Shown: positions 48,780 to 58,834 of the stretch, piece by piece | Layout of the letters: every line of letters begins with the position of its first letter | Numbering within the stretch: position 1 is the first letter of the stretch | NCBI GenBank assembly: GCA_051013385.1 | Contig: CP143273.1 | Location: 1,856,001 to 1,920,000, forward strand | Source of the DNA: Phormidium sp. | Lineage (GTDB): Bacteria > Cyanobacteriota > Cyanobacteriia > Cyanobacteriales > Aerosakkonemataceae | Direction: 5' to 3' | Length of the DNA: 64,000 bases | Translations under genes and position numbers: made by a program | Notes under the pieces: model-generated | Told to the model about the DNA's origin: nothing | Seen by the model: only the letters and a program-made list of their open reading frames with translations | Database searches by the model: none

Positions 48780-49133
48780 TCAGGTTGGCTGACCTCGCAA
48801 CTGTCGCAAGGAACGAACACAGGCGGGACAATCGCAACCAAACAACGCTACGGCAGATTCGCTTTCTTCTTCAGTAAAATCTAACATGGGTGAGTTGTCT
48901 TCCCCTGGTTGCGCGTTAGTTGGTGTCACCATCGCTATTGGTAAACTTGATTTTTTGACACACACTAATTTCTTGGTGTGTACGGAAGGGCTACAAACTA
49001 AATCCTGTTTATTCGCTTCCGCAGTTTGGCTAATTATTTCCGATGCTTGTGCGGGGTTGATGGTGACAAACAATGACAGTATAGACCCCAAAAGTGTCGG
49101 TCTAGTCAGTAAAACCAGAAAAATTCTACTCAT
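48780..49133 (-). CDS. Small secreted protein with GCDCPAC motif
   Basis: Signal peptide ending 'AQA' and 'FTEEESESAVALFGCDCPAC'. Confidence 0.7.
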   Translation of the reverse strand: MSRIFLVLLTRPTLLGSILSLFVTINPAQASEIISQTAEANKQDLVCSPSVHTKKLVCVKKSSLPIAMVTPTNAQPGEDNSPMLDFTEEESESAVALFGCDCPACVRSLRQLRGQPT

Positions 49134-49296
49134 TGGCTTCCATCACAGATATCTACTTTTTTGCACAGATTATCAGGTATCATACCCCAAAAAGGAATAG
49201 GAAACCAGTAATTTCCCAAATTTCTCTATTAATTTGACTTATCACTTCCTCCTTCTCTCTGTGTCCTCTGTGCCTCTGCGGTTCCTAAAATAAGTT

Positions 49297-50691
49297 TTAT
49301 TCTAAAATCACATAATTTACTAAGTCGGTGATTTGGGGATCGGGAAAGCGATTTAAGATACGCCAAAGTACTGTATAACTACCATCAGCATTGCGCGAAA
49401 CTGGGCGAAAGGCAATTAATAAATCGCTGCTGGGTGTTGTTAGTAACAATTCCAAATTTCGGCGTTGTCTTTTGGTAATTCGTTCATTGTTTAAAACTGC
49501 TTCTGGTAGTTGAAATTGCACTGTTCGCACTAAATAAGTATGGTTGAAAACTGCTGGCGCTTGGGCAAAAAGTTTAATGCAACATAAGTCTTCAATTTTG
49601 CCTGTAATGAAGAGGCGACGATCGATCTGCAACGCTTCCAATCTATCCGGTGGTTGATATTTTAGGAAAAATTCTCTCGTAGGTTCAGCAACATTTAATA
49701 AGTTAGCATCCAGATTTTGAATCGGTACATCTCCTAAGTCTTCAATAAACCCATAATTTAATCCTCGTTGGACAATTTGAAATTGATTATTGTCAAGTTG
49801 AATTTCTAAACGGGGAAGAAATACGCCTGTTTCGGCTAAAGGTGGATATGGAAAACGTTCTAATCTACTTGCTAATAATCTACTACGTAATTCTTTCGCG
49901 TCTTGGCGATAAAATTCTGCTGGTAATATTCGGGCAATTCCTGTGTTTTCTAATGCGAGAAATGGACTGTATAATTGATTAAGTGCTTCGGAAATATCGT
50001 AGGAATCTTCTATTTGTTGATTGGGAAAATTAAACCTAGTTGGAGGGGGAAAGAGTGCGGTTGCTTGGGAGAGTAATCTTCTGGTGTTTAACAGGGGGGT
50101 AGTTGCTTCGATCGAAATGGCGATCGCAGGTAAAACTGGCGGTAAATATCCCTCTATTGGTTGTTTAGCTTCTCTGCCAATTAACGGCGGTTCTGGTGAA
50201 GGTAAAGGTGCGATTTGTGGAGGCGAAATTGGTTGTACATCACCCAATCTAACTAATCTTCCGTTAACGATCGGTTTAATGGTTTCTAAGTTGCTGGTGG
50301 AAATGTAAAGGTAACAGTAAAGTTGTAATTGTTCGTTGCTTAAATTAGCCAATAGTGGCGGGTTAATAACATTTCCTGAACTCACCGATCGGCAAAGATT
50401 GACTGGGGAAGCGTAGTAGCGTCTGAGGAAGCGATCGACTGCTGAGGTATGGAGGAAAAGTTGCGATCGTACTCCTCTGAGAAATTCTGGATCGGCGCTG
50501 GCGATCGCCTTTTCCAACCGAGAAACTAAAAATATTTGTTCCTGTATTAGTTGCTGTGCTGGTTGCCAAAAATCCGCACTTTGACTAGATTGATATGAAG
50601 GCATAAAGGGATTTTCTTGGGCTTTGGCAACCTGGGGGAAAAATAAAAAAAGTGGTAATAGCAAAGTTAAAGGGTTTTTCATGTTTTGCAA
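49297..50691 (-). CDS. Secreted hypothetical protein
   Basis: 464-aa ORF with a signal peptide ending 'AKA'. No recognised motif. Confidence 0.7.
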   Translation of the reverse strand: MQNMKNPLTLLLPLFLFFPQVAKAQENPFMPSYQSSQSADFWQPAQQLIQEQIFLVSRLEKAIASADPEFLRGVRSQLFLHTSAVDRFLRRYYASPVNLCRSVSSGNVINPPLLANLSNEQLQLYCYLYISTSNLETIKPIVNGRLVRLGDVQPISPPQIAPLPSPEPPLIGREAKQPIEGYLPPVLPAIAISIEATTPLLNTRRLLSQATALFPPPTRFNFPNQQIEDSYDISEALNQLYSPFLALENTGIARILPAEFYRQDAKELRSRLLASRLERFPYPPLAETGVFLPRLEIQLDNNQFQIVQRGLNYGFIEDLGDVPIQNLDANLLNVAEPTREFFLKYQPPDRLEALQIDRRLFITGKIEDLCCIKLFAQAPAVFNHTYLVRTVQFQLPEAVLNNERITKRQRRNLELLLTTPSSDLLIAFRPVSRNADGSYTVLWRILNRFPDPQITDLVNYVILE

Positions 50692-50727
50692 TTTTTCTAA
50701 TTACCAACCACCTTTTTAGCACATCTT

Positions 50728-51909
50728 TTAACTTTGCTGATCTTGGATATTTTGCTCATCCTCTTTAGGTTGGGTTTTTGAAGCTGCTAATTCTTCTTTT
50801 GGCGACTCATTTGGTATTACTACGACATTATGTGTGCGATCATCTTTCTTTTTGCCCCATTGATCCAGTACATCTTTAATTAATACTTCATTAATCCAAA
50901 CTTTTGCTACCACTGTAATTGGCAAGGCTAAAACTAATCCCAAAAATCCAAAGAATGTGGCAAAAACTACCTGGCACACCAAGGTAATTGCGGGTAAAAG
51001 TGCTACCTGTTGTGCCATTACGTATGGAGTAATGAAATTACTTTCCAGTTGTTGAATAAATATGTAAAGAATTAATACAAAAAGAGATTTCCAAGGATTA
51101 TCTAATAGCGCTACACCCATCGGTAAAACTACACTTAATGTAGGCCCAATATTGGGAATAAAATTTAGTAACCCTGCTAAAACTCCTTGTGCTAAGGCTA
51201 ATCTAACGCCAATAATTGAGAGTCCAACAAAACTTAATAAGGCAACCAAAGTCATACTAATGATTGCGCCAATTACCCATTTTCCTAATGAGATTTCACA
51301 TTCGGTTAAAATTTCTTCTACTCGCCGTCGATAAAAAGAGGGAAATAGCCGGACAAATATTTTGCGATAAGCTTGGGGTTGAGCTAACATCATTATTGTT
51401 AAAACTAGGACAAATAAAAAGCTCAAAAGCATCCCTAATGTATTAGAAACAAATACACCTGCACCACCAACTAATGATTGCACTAAAGGTTGTAATTGTT
51501 GGAATAATTGTTGGCTAGGTCGGAAAGCTTGTGTATTAATAGTTGGTCGGGGTAGAAATTGATTTATCCAAGGTGGTAAGTCATTAATCAGTTGTCTGAG
51601 TCTGGTATTCCAAATGTCGATCGCCTTCGGAAACAATTCAATAAGTTCTTGAGATTGGGCAATAAAAGGCGGTACAATTAAGAAGAAAAAGCCAATCGTA
51701 ACGGCAAAAAATAAAACTAAGGAAACTATTACTGACCAAAATCGAGGCAGTTTTAATTTTCTAGTTAACCAACGGACTAATTGATTTAAGGAAGTGGCAA
51801 ATACAATAGCCGCAAATACTAGCAAAAGCAATTGCCGGATTTCCCAAAGTACATATAAACAAATAATAAGAACTAATAAGCCGATTATTTGACCAAATTT
51901 CACTGTCAT
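50728..51909 (-). CDS. AI-2E family transporter
   Basis: 'NFIPNIGP' and 'IQQLESNFITP' in a multi-TM protein. Confidence 0.88.
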   Translation of the reverse strand: MTVKFGQIIGLLVLIICLYVLWEIRQLLLLVFAAIVFATSLNQLVRWLTRKLKLPRFWSVIVSLVLFFAVTIGFFFLIVPPFIAQSQELIELFPKAIDIWNTRLRQLINDLPPWINQFLPRPTINTQAFRPSQQLFQQLQPLVQSLVGGAGVFVSNTLGMLLSFLFVLVLTIMMLAQPQAYRKIFVRLFPSFYRRRVEEILTECEISLGKWVIGAIISMTLVALLSFVGLSIIGVRLALAQGVLAGLLNFIPNIGPTLSVVLPMGVALLDNPWKSLFVLILYIFIQQLESNFITPYVMAQQVALLPAITLVCQVVFATFFGFLGLVLALPITVVAKVWINEVLIKDVLDQWGKKKDDRTHNVVVIPNESPKEELAASKTQPKEDEQNIQDQQS

Positions 51910-51975
51910 TACTCCCTAATAGTTAGCTTATTTAACAGTTGAGTTGACATCATAACTTGCTTGTCACATTTAACT

Positions 51976-52164
51976 TCAGGTTTGCTGTTGTTGATATCGC
52001 CACCAGAGAGCGATCGCTAACACTATACTAGGCAATAGTACAATTATTAAAGCAAGTCCTGATTCTGCGGTAACATTTAAATAGGGACAAACATATTTAA
52101 TAATTAACGACAAAACTGCGGAAAGGATAAATACTTTAAGAATAAATTCGGTTTTATTTTCCAT
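51976..52164 (-). CDS. Small 2-TM hypothetical protein
   Basis: 62 aa with two hydrophobic helices, on the same strand as its neighbours. Confidence 0.65.
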   Translation of the reverse strand: MENKTEFILKVFILSAVLSLIIKYVCPYLNVTAESGLALIIVLLPSIVLAIALWWRYQQQQT

Positions 52165-52334
52165 TGTTTTTTTCCGTAAATGAAGGGGAACTTTTACAAT
52201 ATATATCTAAAATTCCCCGAAATTTTGGTAAATTTGAGTTTGTTACTATTGCGGCAGAAATAAGTACATAGTTACCAACAGGTGAAAAAGCTTTATCTTA
52301 GCCTTCTTTCCTTACAACCCCCTGCCTTCTACAA

Positions 52335-53354
52335 CTATCGTCGATATTCATCACCACAATCACCAATATATTTGAATAAATCTTGGGATTGTTGCGTAAC
52401 AGTATTAATCTGTTCCAGATCTTCTTGATCCAAGCTCAAATTAAATACTTTAGCGTTATCCTCAATATGTTCAGAGATTCCTAATCTTGCGCCGACAATT
52501 ACACCTCCAACTGCTGGTTTATCAAGTATATAACGAACTGCAACATTAGGAATACTAACTTGGTGTTTGCTGGCAATTCTTTGTAAAACTTCAAGCAACT
52601 CTTGGAATAAAGTCCAACCTCCCCAAGCGTCAATCATATTTTTATATTTCCGCAAGGACACTGTTTCTAAAGTCATCGGATTTGGTTCTGGTTGACCGAG
52701 ATATTTTTCTGATAAAAAGCCACCACAAACAGTTCCGTAAGTGAAAAGTTTAATATTGTGCTGTTCACAAAATGGGATCATTTTGACTTCGGGACGGCGA
52801 TCGACTAAAGAAAATTGCACTTGATTGGAAACAATTTTGATCTCATTCTCTAAAATAATTTGCAAATGTTCTGTGTCAAAATTGGTTAAAGCTAAATGCT
52901 TAATTTTTCCTTCTAGTTGCAATTCGGTCATGTATTTTAGGGCATCTAAGTAGTTAAAATCGCGATATTCCCACCAGTGAAATTGCATTAAATCCAGAGA
53001 TTCTACTCCCATTCTGCGGCGAGAAATATCAATATTATCTTCCACTATTTTCCGGGTCATTTTCCCTGGTCTTGGCACCCATTTAGTGAAAGCTTGAATA
53101 TTAGATAATGCAGCTTCTCCACTGTTAGCAACAAGGTGACGACGAAATTCGCCAATCAAGTCTTCTGCTGGCCCATAATGGTCGGCTAAGTCCCAAGTTG
53201 TAAAGCCTGCATCGACGTATTTAAACATAGTTTCGATCGCAGCTTTCGGGTTAATTCTTCCATGTGCGCCAGACACTTGCCACATTCCGTTTAAGATGCG
53301 ACAAATATTTAAATCTGGCGTAAATTGCAATCGGCTTGATGCTGGTAAATTCAT
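52335..53354 (-). CDS. Aldo/keto reductase
   Basis: 'G.WQ', 'DLADHYG', 'FTK', 'LDLMQFHWW' and 'NQVQFS'. Confidence 0.9.
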   Translation of the reverse strand: MNLPASSRLQFTPDLNICRILNGMWQVSGAHGRINPKAAIETMFKYVDAGFTTWDLADHYGPAEDLIGEFRRHLVANSGEAALSNIQAFTKWVPRPGKMTRKIVEDNIDISRRRMGVESLDLMQFHWWEYRDFNYLDALKYMTELQLEGKIKHLALTNFDTEHLQIILENEIKIVSNQVQFSLVDRRPEVKMIPFCEQHNIKLFTYGTVCGGFLSEKYLGQPEPNPMTLETVSLRKYKNMIDAWGGWTLFQELLEVLQRIASKHQVSIPNVAVRYILDKPAVGGVIVGARLGISEHIEDNAKVFNLSLDQEDLEQINTVTQQSQDLFKYIGDCGDEYRR

Positions 53355-53408
53355 CGACTACTAAATTCCTTGGTTAAAAGCAGATGCCATAGATTTTAAC
53401 ATTATGAA

Positions 53409-54692
53409 TTAGCGATCGCGCTCCAAATCTTGAATTGCCTTTTCCCAATACCATTCTTCCGGCATTCCGGGATATTTATAACGCGCAATATCCACCAACC
53501 GTTCAGCGATATCTCGAAATCCGCCAACCATTCTAATTAGTTGATTTTGTAATTCGGTTAAAGATGTAGATTTTGCTTGAGAAAAGAAATCCGAGGAATT
53601 TCTTCTTGGCGAACGTTGGGGACGAGATTGTAGTTTTTTAATTTGATCCAATAGGTTTCTGTATTGTTGCCAATCTCCGCGATTAAAGTAAATATTAGCA
53701 GCTTGTTGATAATCATCGATCGCCCCTGGTAAATCTTCAAAATCTAAACGTGCAGCTGCCCTTTGATAATAAGCTTGCGGCTCATCTGATTTCTCTTTGA
53801 TCGCACGAGAATAATCTTCAATTGCTAAACGATGATTAGCAGATTTGTGATGAGCATTACCCCGATAAATATAGGCATCTATGTAATTTGGATCGATCTG
53901 TAATGCTTGGTTGCAATCATTTATTGCACCCCGATAATCACCCATTTCCAAACGTACCATCGCCCGATAACAATAAGCTTGTAAATTTTGGGAATTGAGT
54001 TGTAATGCTTTATTTAAATCAGCAATTGCTTGTTGATTATAGCCGAGTTTACTTAATACCATTCCGCGATAAGAATGTGCTTGAACATCATTAGGATCGG
54101 CTTGAATTAGCCAGTTTAAATCTTCCAAAGATTGTCTTAAGTCGCCTCTTTGCACTTTTTGTAATACCTGCTCGTAAAAACCAGTATGGGTAGCTAATGC
54201 AGTTTGGGCGCGATTTTGTTCTGCTTGAATTTCGGTAATACTATTAATGCAACGTTGACAATTTTGCTTGTCTTTTTCTGCCAAATAAATGTTAGCAGCT
54301 TGCTTAAAACTGGCGATCGCTTCCGCTAAATTTCCCAAGCGACGGTAAGCTGTTCCTTGCAAGCTATAAGCAGCAGCTAATTTGTTATTTAATTTCAAAC
54401 TTTGTTCCGCATCAGCAAGCGCCCCAGCATTGTCTTTTAATGCTAACTTAGTCAATCCGCGACTTAAATAAATTTCCGTTCTTTCCGGTTGTAATTGCAA
54501 AGCTTGGTTGTAGTCAGCTATTGCGCCTGTGCGATCGCCTAATTCAAAGCGACATCTTCCCCGTTTATAATATGCCTCAACTAATTGGGGATTGATTCGC
54601 AAAACGCGATCGAATTCTCGCACTGCGCCTGCAAAATCTCCCGCTTGCGCCTTTTCTAATCCCCGATTGTAAAACTCTTGTTCTTGCTCCAT
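53409..54692 (-). CDS. TPR-repeat protein
   Basis: Multiple 'AY..RG......G....AI.D...A' repeats. Confidence 0.9.
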   Translation of the reverse strand: MEQEQEFYNRGLEKAQAGDFAGAVREFDRVLRINPQLVEAYYKRGRCRFELGDRTGAIADYNQALQLQPERTEIYLSRGLTKLALKDNAGALADAEQSLKLNNKLAAAYSLQGTAYRRLGNLAEAIASFKQAANIYLAEKDKQNCQRCINSITEIQAEQNRAQTALATHTGFYEQVLQKVQRGDLRQSLEDLNWLIQADPNDVQAHSYRGMVLSKLGYNQQAIADLNKALQLNSQNLQAYCYRAMVRLEMGDYRGAINDCNQALQIDPNYIDAYIYRGNAHHKSANHRLAIEDYSRAIKEKSDEPQAYYQRAAARLDFEDLPGAIDDYQQAANIYFNRGDWQQYRNLLDQIKKLQSRPQRSPRRNSSDFFSQAKSTSLTELQNQLIRMVGGFRDIAERLVDIARYKYPGMPEEWYWEKAIQDLERDR

Positions 54693-54820
54693 CTGACAAA
54701 ATCCATTTATCCAACTCTTGTTTATTACTTTAACTCATAGCAAAAATCCTGCGCCTCAAGGCTAAACTTACTAGCAGCAGGATTTTAATTTCAAATATCT
54801 TTTACTTTAATGAAAATTCA

Positions 54821-57163
54821 TCAACTAAGCAACTGATTCAAAGTAGTAGCGAAGTTTTCCACTTCAGGTTTACCAATTTCTCGCCAGCCATCATCACCCA
54901 AAATTAAACAGAGATCGTGCTTGTTTGTTGGGTAAAATTTAGCGATCGTATTTGGCGATAACCACAGTTTCAATTTTCCCTCATCAGAAGGCTTTGCCGA
55001 AACTATAAACAAGCATTTTGAACAATTACTGGGTACAGATAGCATTCGAGCTTTAGGCGGACTAACCATTAAATTAGTAGGCCAACAATCAAAAGTCAAT
55101 TGGTGCTGACTGGCGATTTTTAGTATTAATTGAAACTCTTCCCCAATGCCATTCTCCTCAGCCATCCGCAAAATTGATGCTAAACTCAATTTTCCACTGT
55201 TATAGTAAGTGGAAAATTGACTGAATCTGGAAATAACGAACTTGTCAGTTTTTTTTTCCACAGGTTCTGGCGGTTTACTTGGCGGAAACTGAGGAATTTT
55301 CGGGGTTAGTTTCTCAGTTTTTTCCTGTAATTCCTGCAATTGTTGTTGCATTTGAGCAAAACTATCTAACAGTTGAGGAATCATTGCTACTTGTTCATTT
55401 GAAGTAGTTAGCTGTTGTTTGAGAGATGCAATTTCTAATTTTAGTTGTTGATTTTCTTGCTCTAAGTAACTAGGATCAAATTCAGGTTTTCCCGTTTCTA
55501 ATTCCGTTATTTGAGCTACTAATTTTTGTTCCAAAGACTCTACAATTTGTCTGATTTCTGCCATTTCTTGTGGCTCGGAACGTTCGTTAACCTGAACAGA
55601 CAACCCGGCAAAATAATCTTTTAATAGTTTGATATCTCTTTCTATGTAACCAGTATCAAAACCTGTGGTTGAATTTAATGTTGCTAGTCTTTCTTGTACT
55701 GTATCTGTAATTTGCCTTAACTCAGAAACTTGTTGTAACTCCCGCTCCCTAAATTCCGCTCTTAACTGAGTTAAATGCTCTTTTAATTGATTGATTTCTT
55801 GCTCCAATTCACTAGGATTAAAACTTGCAGGCGCGTCAGGTAATGTAGTTAAGCGTTCTTGAACTGTATTTGTTATTTGCCTTAACTCAGAAAGTTGCTG
55901 TGATTCCCGATCGCTAAATTCCGCTCTTAACTGAGCTAAATGCTCTTTTAATTGATTGATTTCTTGCTCCAATTCACTAGGATTAAAACTTGCAGGCGCG
56001 TCAGGTAATGTAGTTAAGCGTTCTTGAACTGTATTTGTTATTTGCCTTAACTCAGAAAGTTGCTGTGATTCCCGATCGCTAAATTCCGCTCTTAACTGAG
56101 TTAAATGCTCTTTTAATTGATTGATTTCTTGCTCCAATTCACTAGGATTAAAACTTGCAGGCGCGTCAGGTAATGTAGTTAAGCGTTCTTGAACTGTATT
56201 TGTTATTTGCCTTAACTCAGAAAGTTGCTGTGATTCCCGATCGCTAAATTCCGCTCTTAACTGAGTTAAATGCTCTTTTAATTGATTGATTTCTTGCTCC
56301 AATTCACTAGGATTAAAACTTGCAGGCGCGTCAGGTAATGTAGTTAAGCGTTCTTGAACTGTATTTGTTATTTGCCTTAACTCAGAAAGTTGCTGTGATT
56401 CCCGATCGCTAAATTCCGCTCTTAACTGAGTTAAATGCTCTTTTAATTGATTGATTTCTTGTTCTAAATAACTGGTATCAACACTAGCTGTTGTTGTCGG
56501 TAGTTCAGCTATTTTTTGTTGAAGCAAATCAGTAGTTTGTCTTAATTCTGTTATTTGGGGTAACTCTGCCCGCTCTTTGAACTCAGCACTTAATTTAGCA
56601 ATATCTGCTTGCAATTTAGCAATTTGTTCCTTTTCGTCATTTTGGTAAATAATGCCTTCTAATTCGATAACTGCTGCTTTCAATTCAGCAATTTGTTGCT
56701 CTACATAATTTGTGTCAAACGTCGCCAAATTTTGCGGAATTTCCGGCTGTTCTTTGGTTGTTGTGGAAGTAAGGTTGCTCAATGCTTCTTGCAGACTAAC
56801 AAATTGCTTTCGCAGAGCAGAAATTTCTGCTTGAGTAGGTTGAGAATCTACAGTTTTGCTAGCAAGCGATAAATCTTGAACGGAAGCTTGTAGCGATCGC
56901 ATTTCCCCAGCAACTTCTTTATCTACCTGCTCGATCCGATTGTCGATTTCCGAAACGATCGCCGTAATATCATCCTCTAACTTTTGCTGAAATTTCCCTC
57001 TGTTGATCAAATTCAGCGACAGCGCCAAAGTCAGAGGAGCCGCCGCTACAATCATTTGTTGTGACCAAATCGCAGCCAGCGTCCCAGCCACACTAGCACC
57101 AACTGAAACCTTCTCTGCAACCCTCAGACCGTTGTTTTCGTTGCTAGCTTTCATGGAGTACAC
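54821..57163 (-). CDS. Membrane-anchored coiled-coil protein with 55-aa tandem repeats
   Basis: N-terminal hydrophobic hairpin, heptad-rich repeats and an unrecognised C-terminal globular domain. Confidence 0.75.
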   Translation of the reverse strand: MYSMKASNENNGLRVAEKVSVGASVAGTLAAIWSQQMIVAAAPLTLALSLNLINRGKFQQKLEDDITAIVSEIDNRIEQVDKEVAGEMRSLQASVQDLSLASKTVDSQPTQAEISALRKQFVSLQEALSNLTSTTTKEQPEIPQNLATFDTNYVEQQIAELKAAVIELEGIIYQNDEKEQIAKLQADIAKLSAEFKERAELPQITELRQTTDLLQQKIAELPTTTASVDTSYLEQEINQLKEHLTQLRAEFSDRESQQLSELRQITNTVQERLTTLPDAPASFNPSELEQEINQLKEHLTQLRAEFSDRESQQLSELRQITNTVQERLTTLPDAPASFNPSELEQEINQLKEHLTQLRAEFSDRESQQLSELRQITNTVQERLTTLPDAPASFNPSELEQEINQLKEHLAQLRAEFSDRESQQLSELRQITNTVQERLTTLPDAPASFNPSELEQEINQLKEHLTQLRAEFRERELQQVSELRQITDTVQERLATLNSTTGFDTGYIERDIKLLKDYFAGLSVQVNERSEPQEMAEIRQIVESLEQKLVAQITELETGKPEFDPSYLEQENQQLKLEIASLKQQLTTSNEQVAMIPQLLDSFAQMQQQLQELQEKTEKLTPKIPQFPPSKPPEPVEKKTDKFVISRFSQFSTYYNSGKLSLASILRMAEENGIGEEFQLILKIASQHQLTFDCWPTNLMVSPPKARMLSVPSNCSKCLFIVSAKPSDEGKLKLWLSPNTIAKFYPTNKHDLCLILGDDGWREIGKPEVENFATTLNQLLS
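55751..56460. repeat. 165-bp near-perfect intragenic tandem repeat, about 4.3 copies
   Basis: The motif AAATTCCGCTCTTAACTGAG recurs at 55751, 55916, 56081, 56246 and 56411. Confidence 0.95.
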
Positions 57164-57329
57164 CTACAAATTGTAAATTTGTTTTGCCTGTTAAGTAAAA
57201 TCTATCATATAATTTATCGCGTCAATAATTGATAACTTGTTCAGATTTCCTTTTCATCTGCGTAAAGTTTACCCAAGAAACTGAGTTTCTCTTGTACTAG
57301 CAGATTCTTCAGCTAATTTTGTGATATTT

Positions 57330-57516
57330 AAACAATCCCTTTCATTTTGGAAAATTGACTTTTTTTCCAATTCTTGTAAGTGATTCCAGTTTAATTCCAC
57401 TCCAATAATTTTATTTGTTGATTTAAATTTATGTATAAAGGTTCAAGATGTCTAGACTCAACGGCTGAAAATAATGCTGCTTCAGAACATAGAGTTTCTA
57501 TAGTCAGGATTGGCAT
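57330..57516 (-). pseudogene. Probable fused remnants of a restriction endonuclease N-terminus and a methyltransferase fragment
   Basis: MPILTIETLCSEAALFSAVESRHLEPL, then KFKSTNKIIGVELN in another frame. Family assignment is from recollection. Confidence 0.4.
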
Positions 57517-57684
57517 ACTTGTAGCTAAAAATAGTGCCAAATAAATATCCTAACCTGAAATTATCCTTCTAACATCTATTTTATATAAGAGATAAAGGAC
57601 TGAGAAATTTTGGCTTACTACATTCCATCCCAAAATCTAAAACTCCCCAGTCCCCAATCACCAGTCCCCAATCCCCAGTCCCGA

Positions 57685-58092
57685 TTATTGCCAATTCCAA
57701 GATTTTAATCGAAAGACTAAATTAGCCTGTTCAGGTTTAGATTGTAACTCGGAAAATTGAGTTAAAAATATCGAGTGTCCGTTTCTTAAACTAACGAAAT
57801 TTTCTGCCTCTATCTTCAAAGTTTTGTTGTTACCAAAATTACATTCAAAAGGTGCAACTCTGGAAGCACTCAAGGGGCCAAACTGACTTCCCAATCTAAC
57901 TCCAACACAAGTAATGTCTGACGGTTTTTTACCAGCTTGGCGCAAAGCAGTATTTACTTCTGTGTTTAGTTTGCTGGATTGCCGAACCAAAGGCATAATG
58001 TCATTTAAAGCTAGAGTTCCCTGGGCTAAAGCTGTTTGAGAAATCAAACTGCCTGCGATCGCCAAAGGTAGCACAAACTTAGTAATATTCAT
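57685..58092 (-). CDS. Secreted hypothetical protein
   Basis: Signal peptide ending 'ALA' and two Cys. Confidence 0.7.
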   Translation of the reverse strand: MNITKFVLPLAIAGSLISQTALAQGTLALNDIMPLVRQSSKLNTEVNTALRQAGKKPSDITCVGVRLGSQFGPLSASRVAPFECNFGNNKTLKIEAENFVSLRNGHSIFLTQFSELQSKPEQANLVFRLKSWNWQ

Positions 58093-58305
58093 TTTTGATC
58101 TCGCTCTGACAAAATTTCACAATACTATGATAAATTGACTCTTTAGATAGAAATCGGTTCCCATAAGCAAAACATTTTAAATTGTTTAGCAACAAGGCTC
58201 AGTTCATGCTAAGGTGACAGATTGAGCCAAGAATCCAACGCGCTTCTGCCGTAGGAATATTAATAAGCTCAATAAGGCATCTGTATAGTAGATAAACTGA
58301 AACTC

Positions 58306-58707
58306 ATGGCTGACATCGTTGATATTGCAGTTAGCGCAGGTTCGTTCCAGACTTTAGTAACAGCTGTTCAAATAGCTGGTTTAGTGGATGCGCTGAAAAG
58401 TCCTGGGCCTTTTACAGTTTTTGCACCTAATGACGAAGCTTTTGCCAAACTGCCACCGGGAACAGTAGAGTCTTTGGTGAAAAGTCCTCCTCAGTTAGGC
58501 AGGATTCTCAAATATCATGTAGTGGCAGGAAGATTAATGAAAGAAGACCTAGCTAAACTTAATTCTGTCACTTCTTTAGAAGGTTCGCCGATTCCCATCG
58601 ATTGTTCTGATGCTTTTGAAGTGAAAAATTCCACAGTTATTGCCGCAGATATTGAAGCGGATAACGGTGTAATTCATGTGATCGATCGCGTAATATTGAT
58701 GGGTTAA
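58306..58707 (+). CDS. Fasciclin (FAS1) domain protein
   Basis: '[13 protein letters not shown]', 'ILKYHV' and 'NGVIHVID'. Confidence 0.93.
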   Translation: MADIVDIAVSAGSFQTLVTAVQIAGLVDALKSPGPFTVFAPNDEAFAKLPPGTVESLVKSPPQLGRILKYHVVAGRLMKEDLAKLNSVTSLEGSPIPIDCSDAFEVKNSTVIAADIEADNGVIHVIDRVILMG

Positions 58708-58834
58708 TCTGTTCAGATTGTAGAGACGTTGTATACAACGTCTCTACTAAAATGGTACTGTCTGAAGCAGCAGACAAACTGATAATTCTATTTGAGAAAT
58801 TAACTAAAGCAATTGTAGAGTAGAAGAAACTGAA

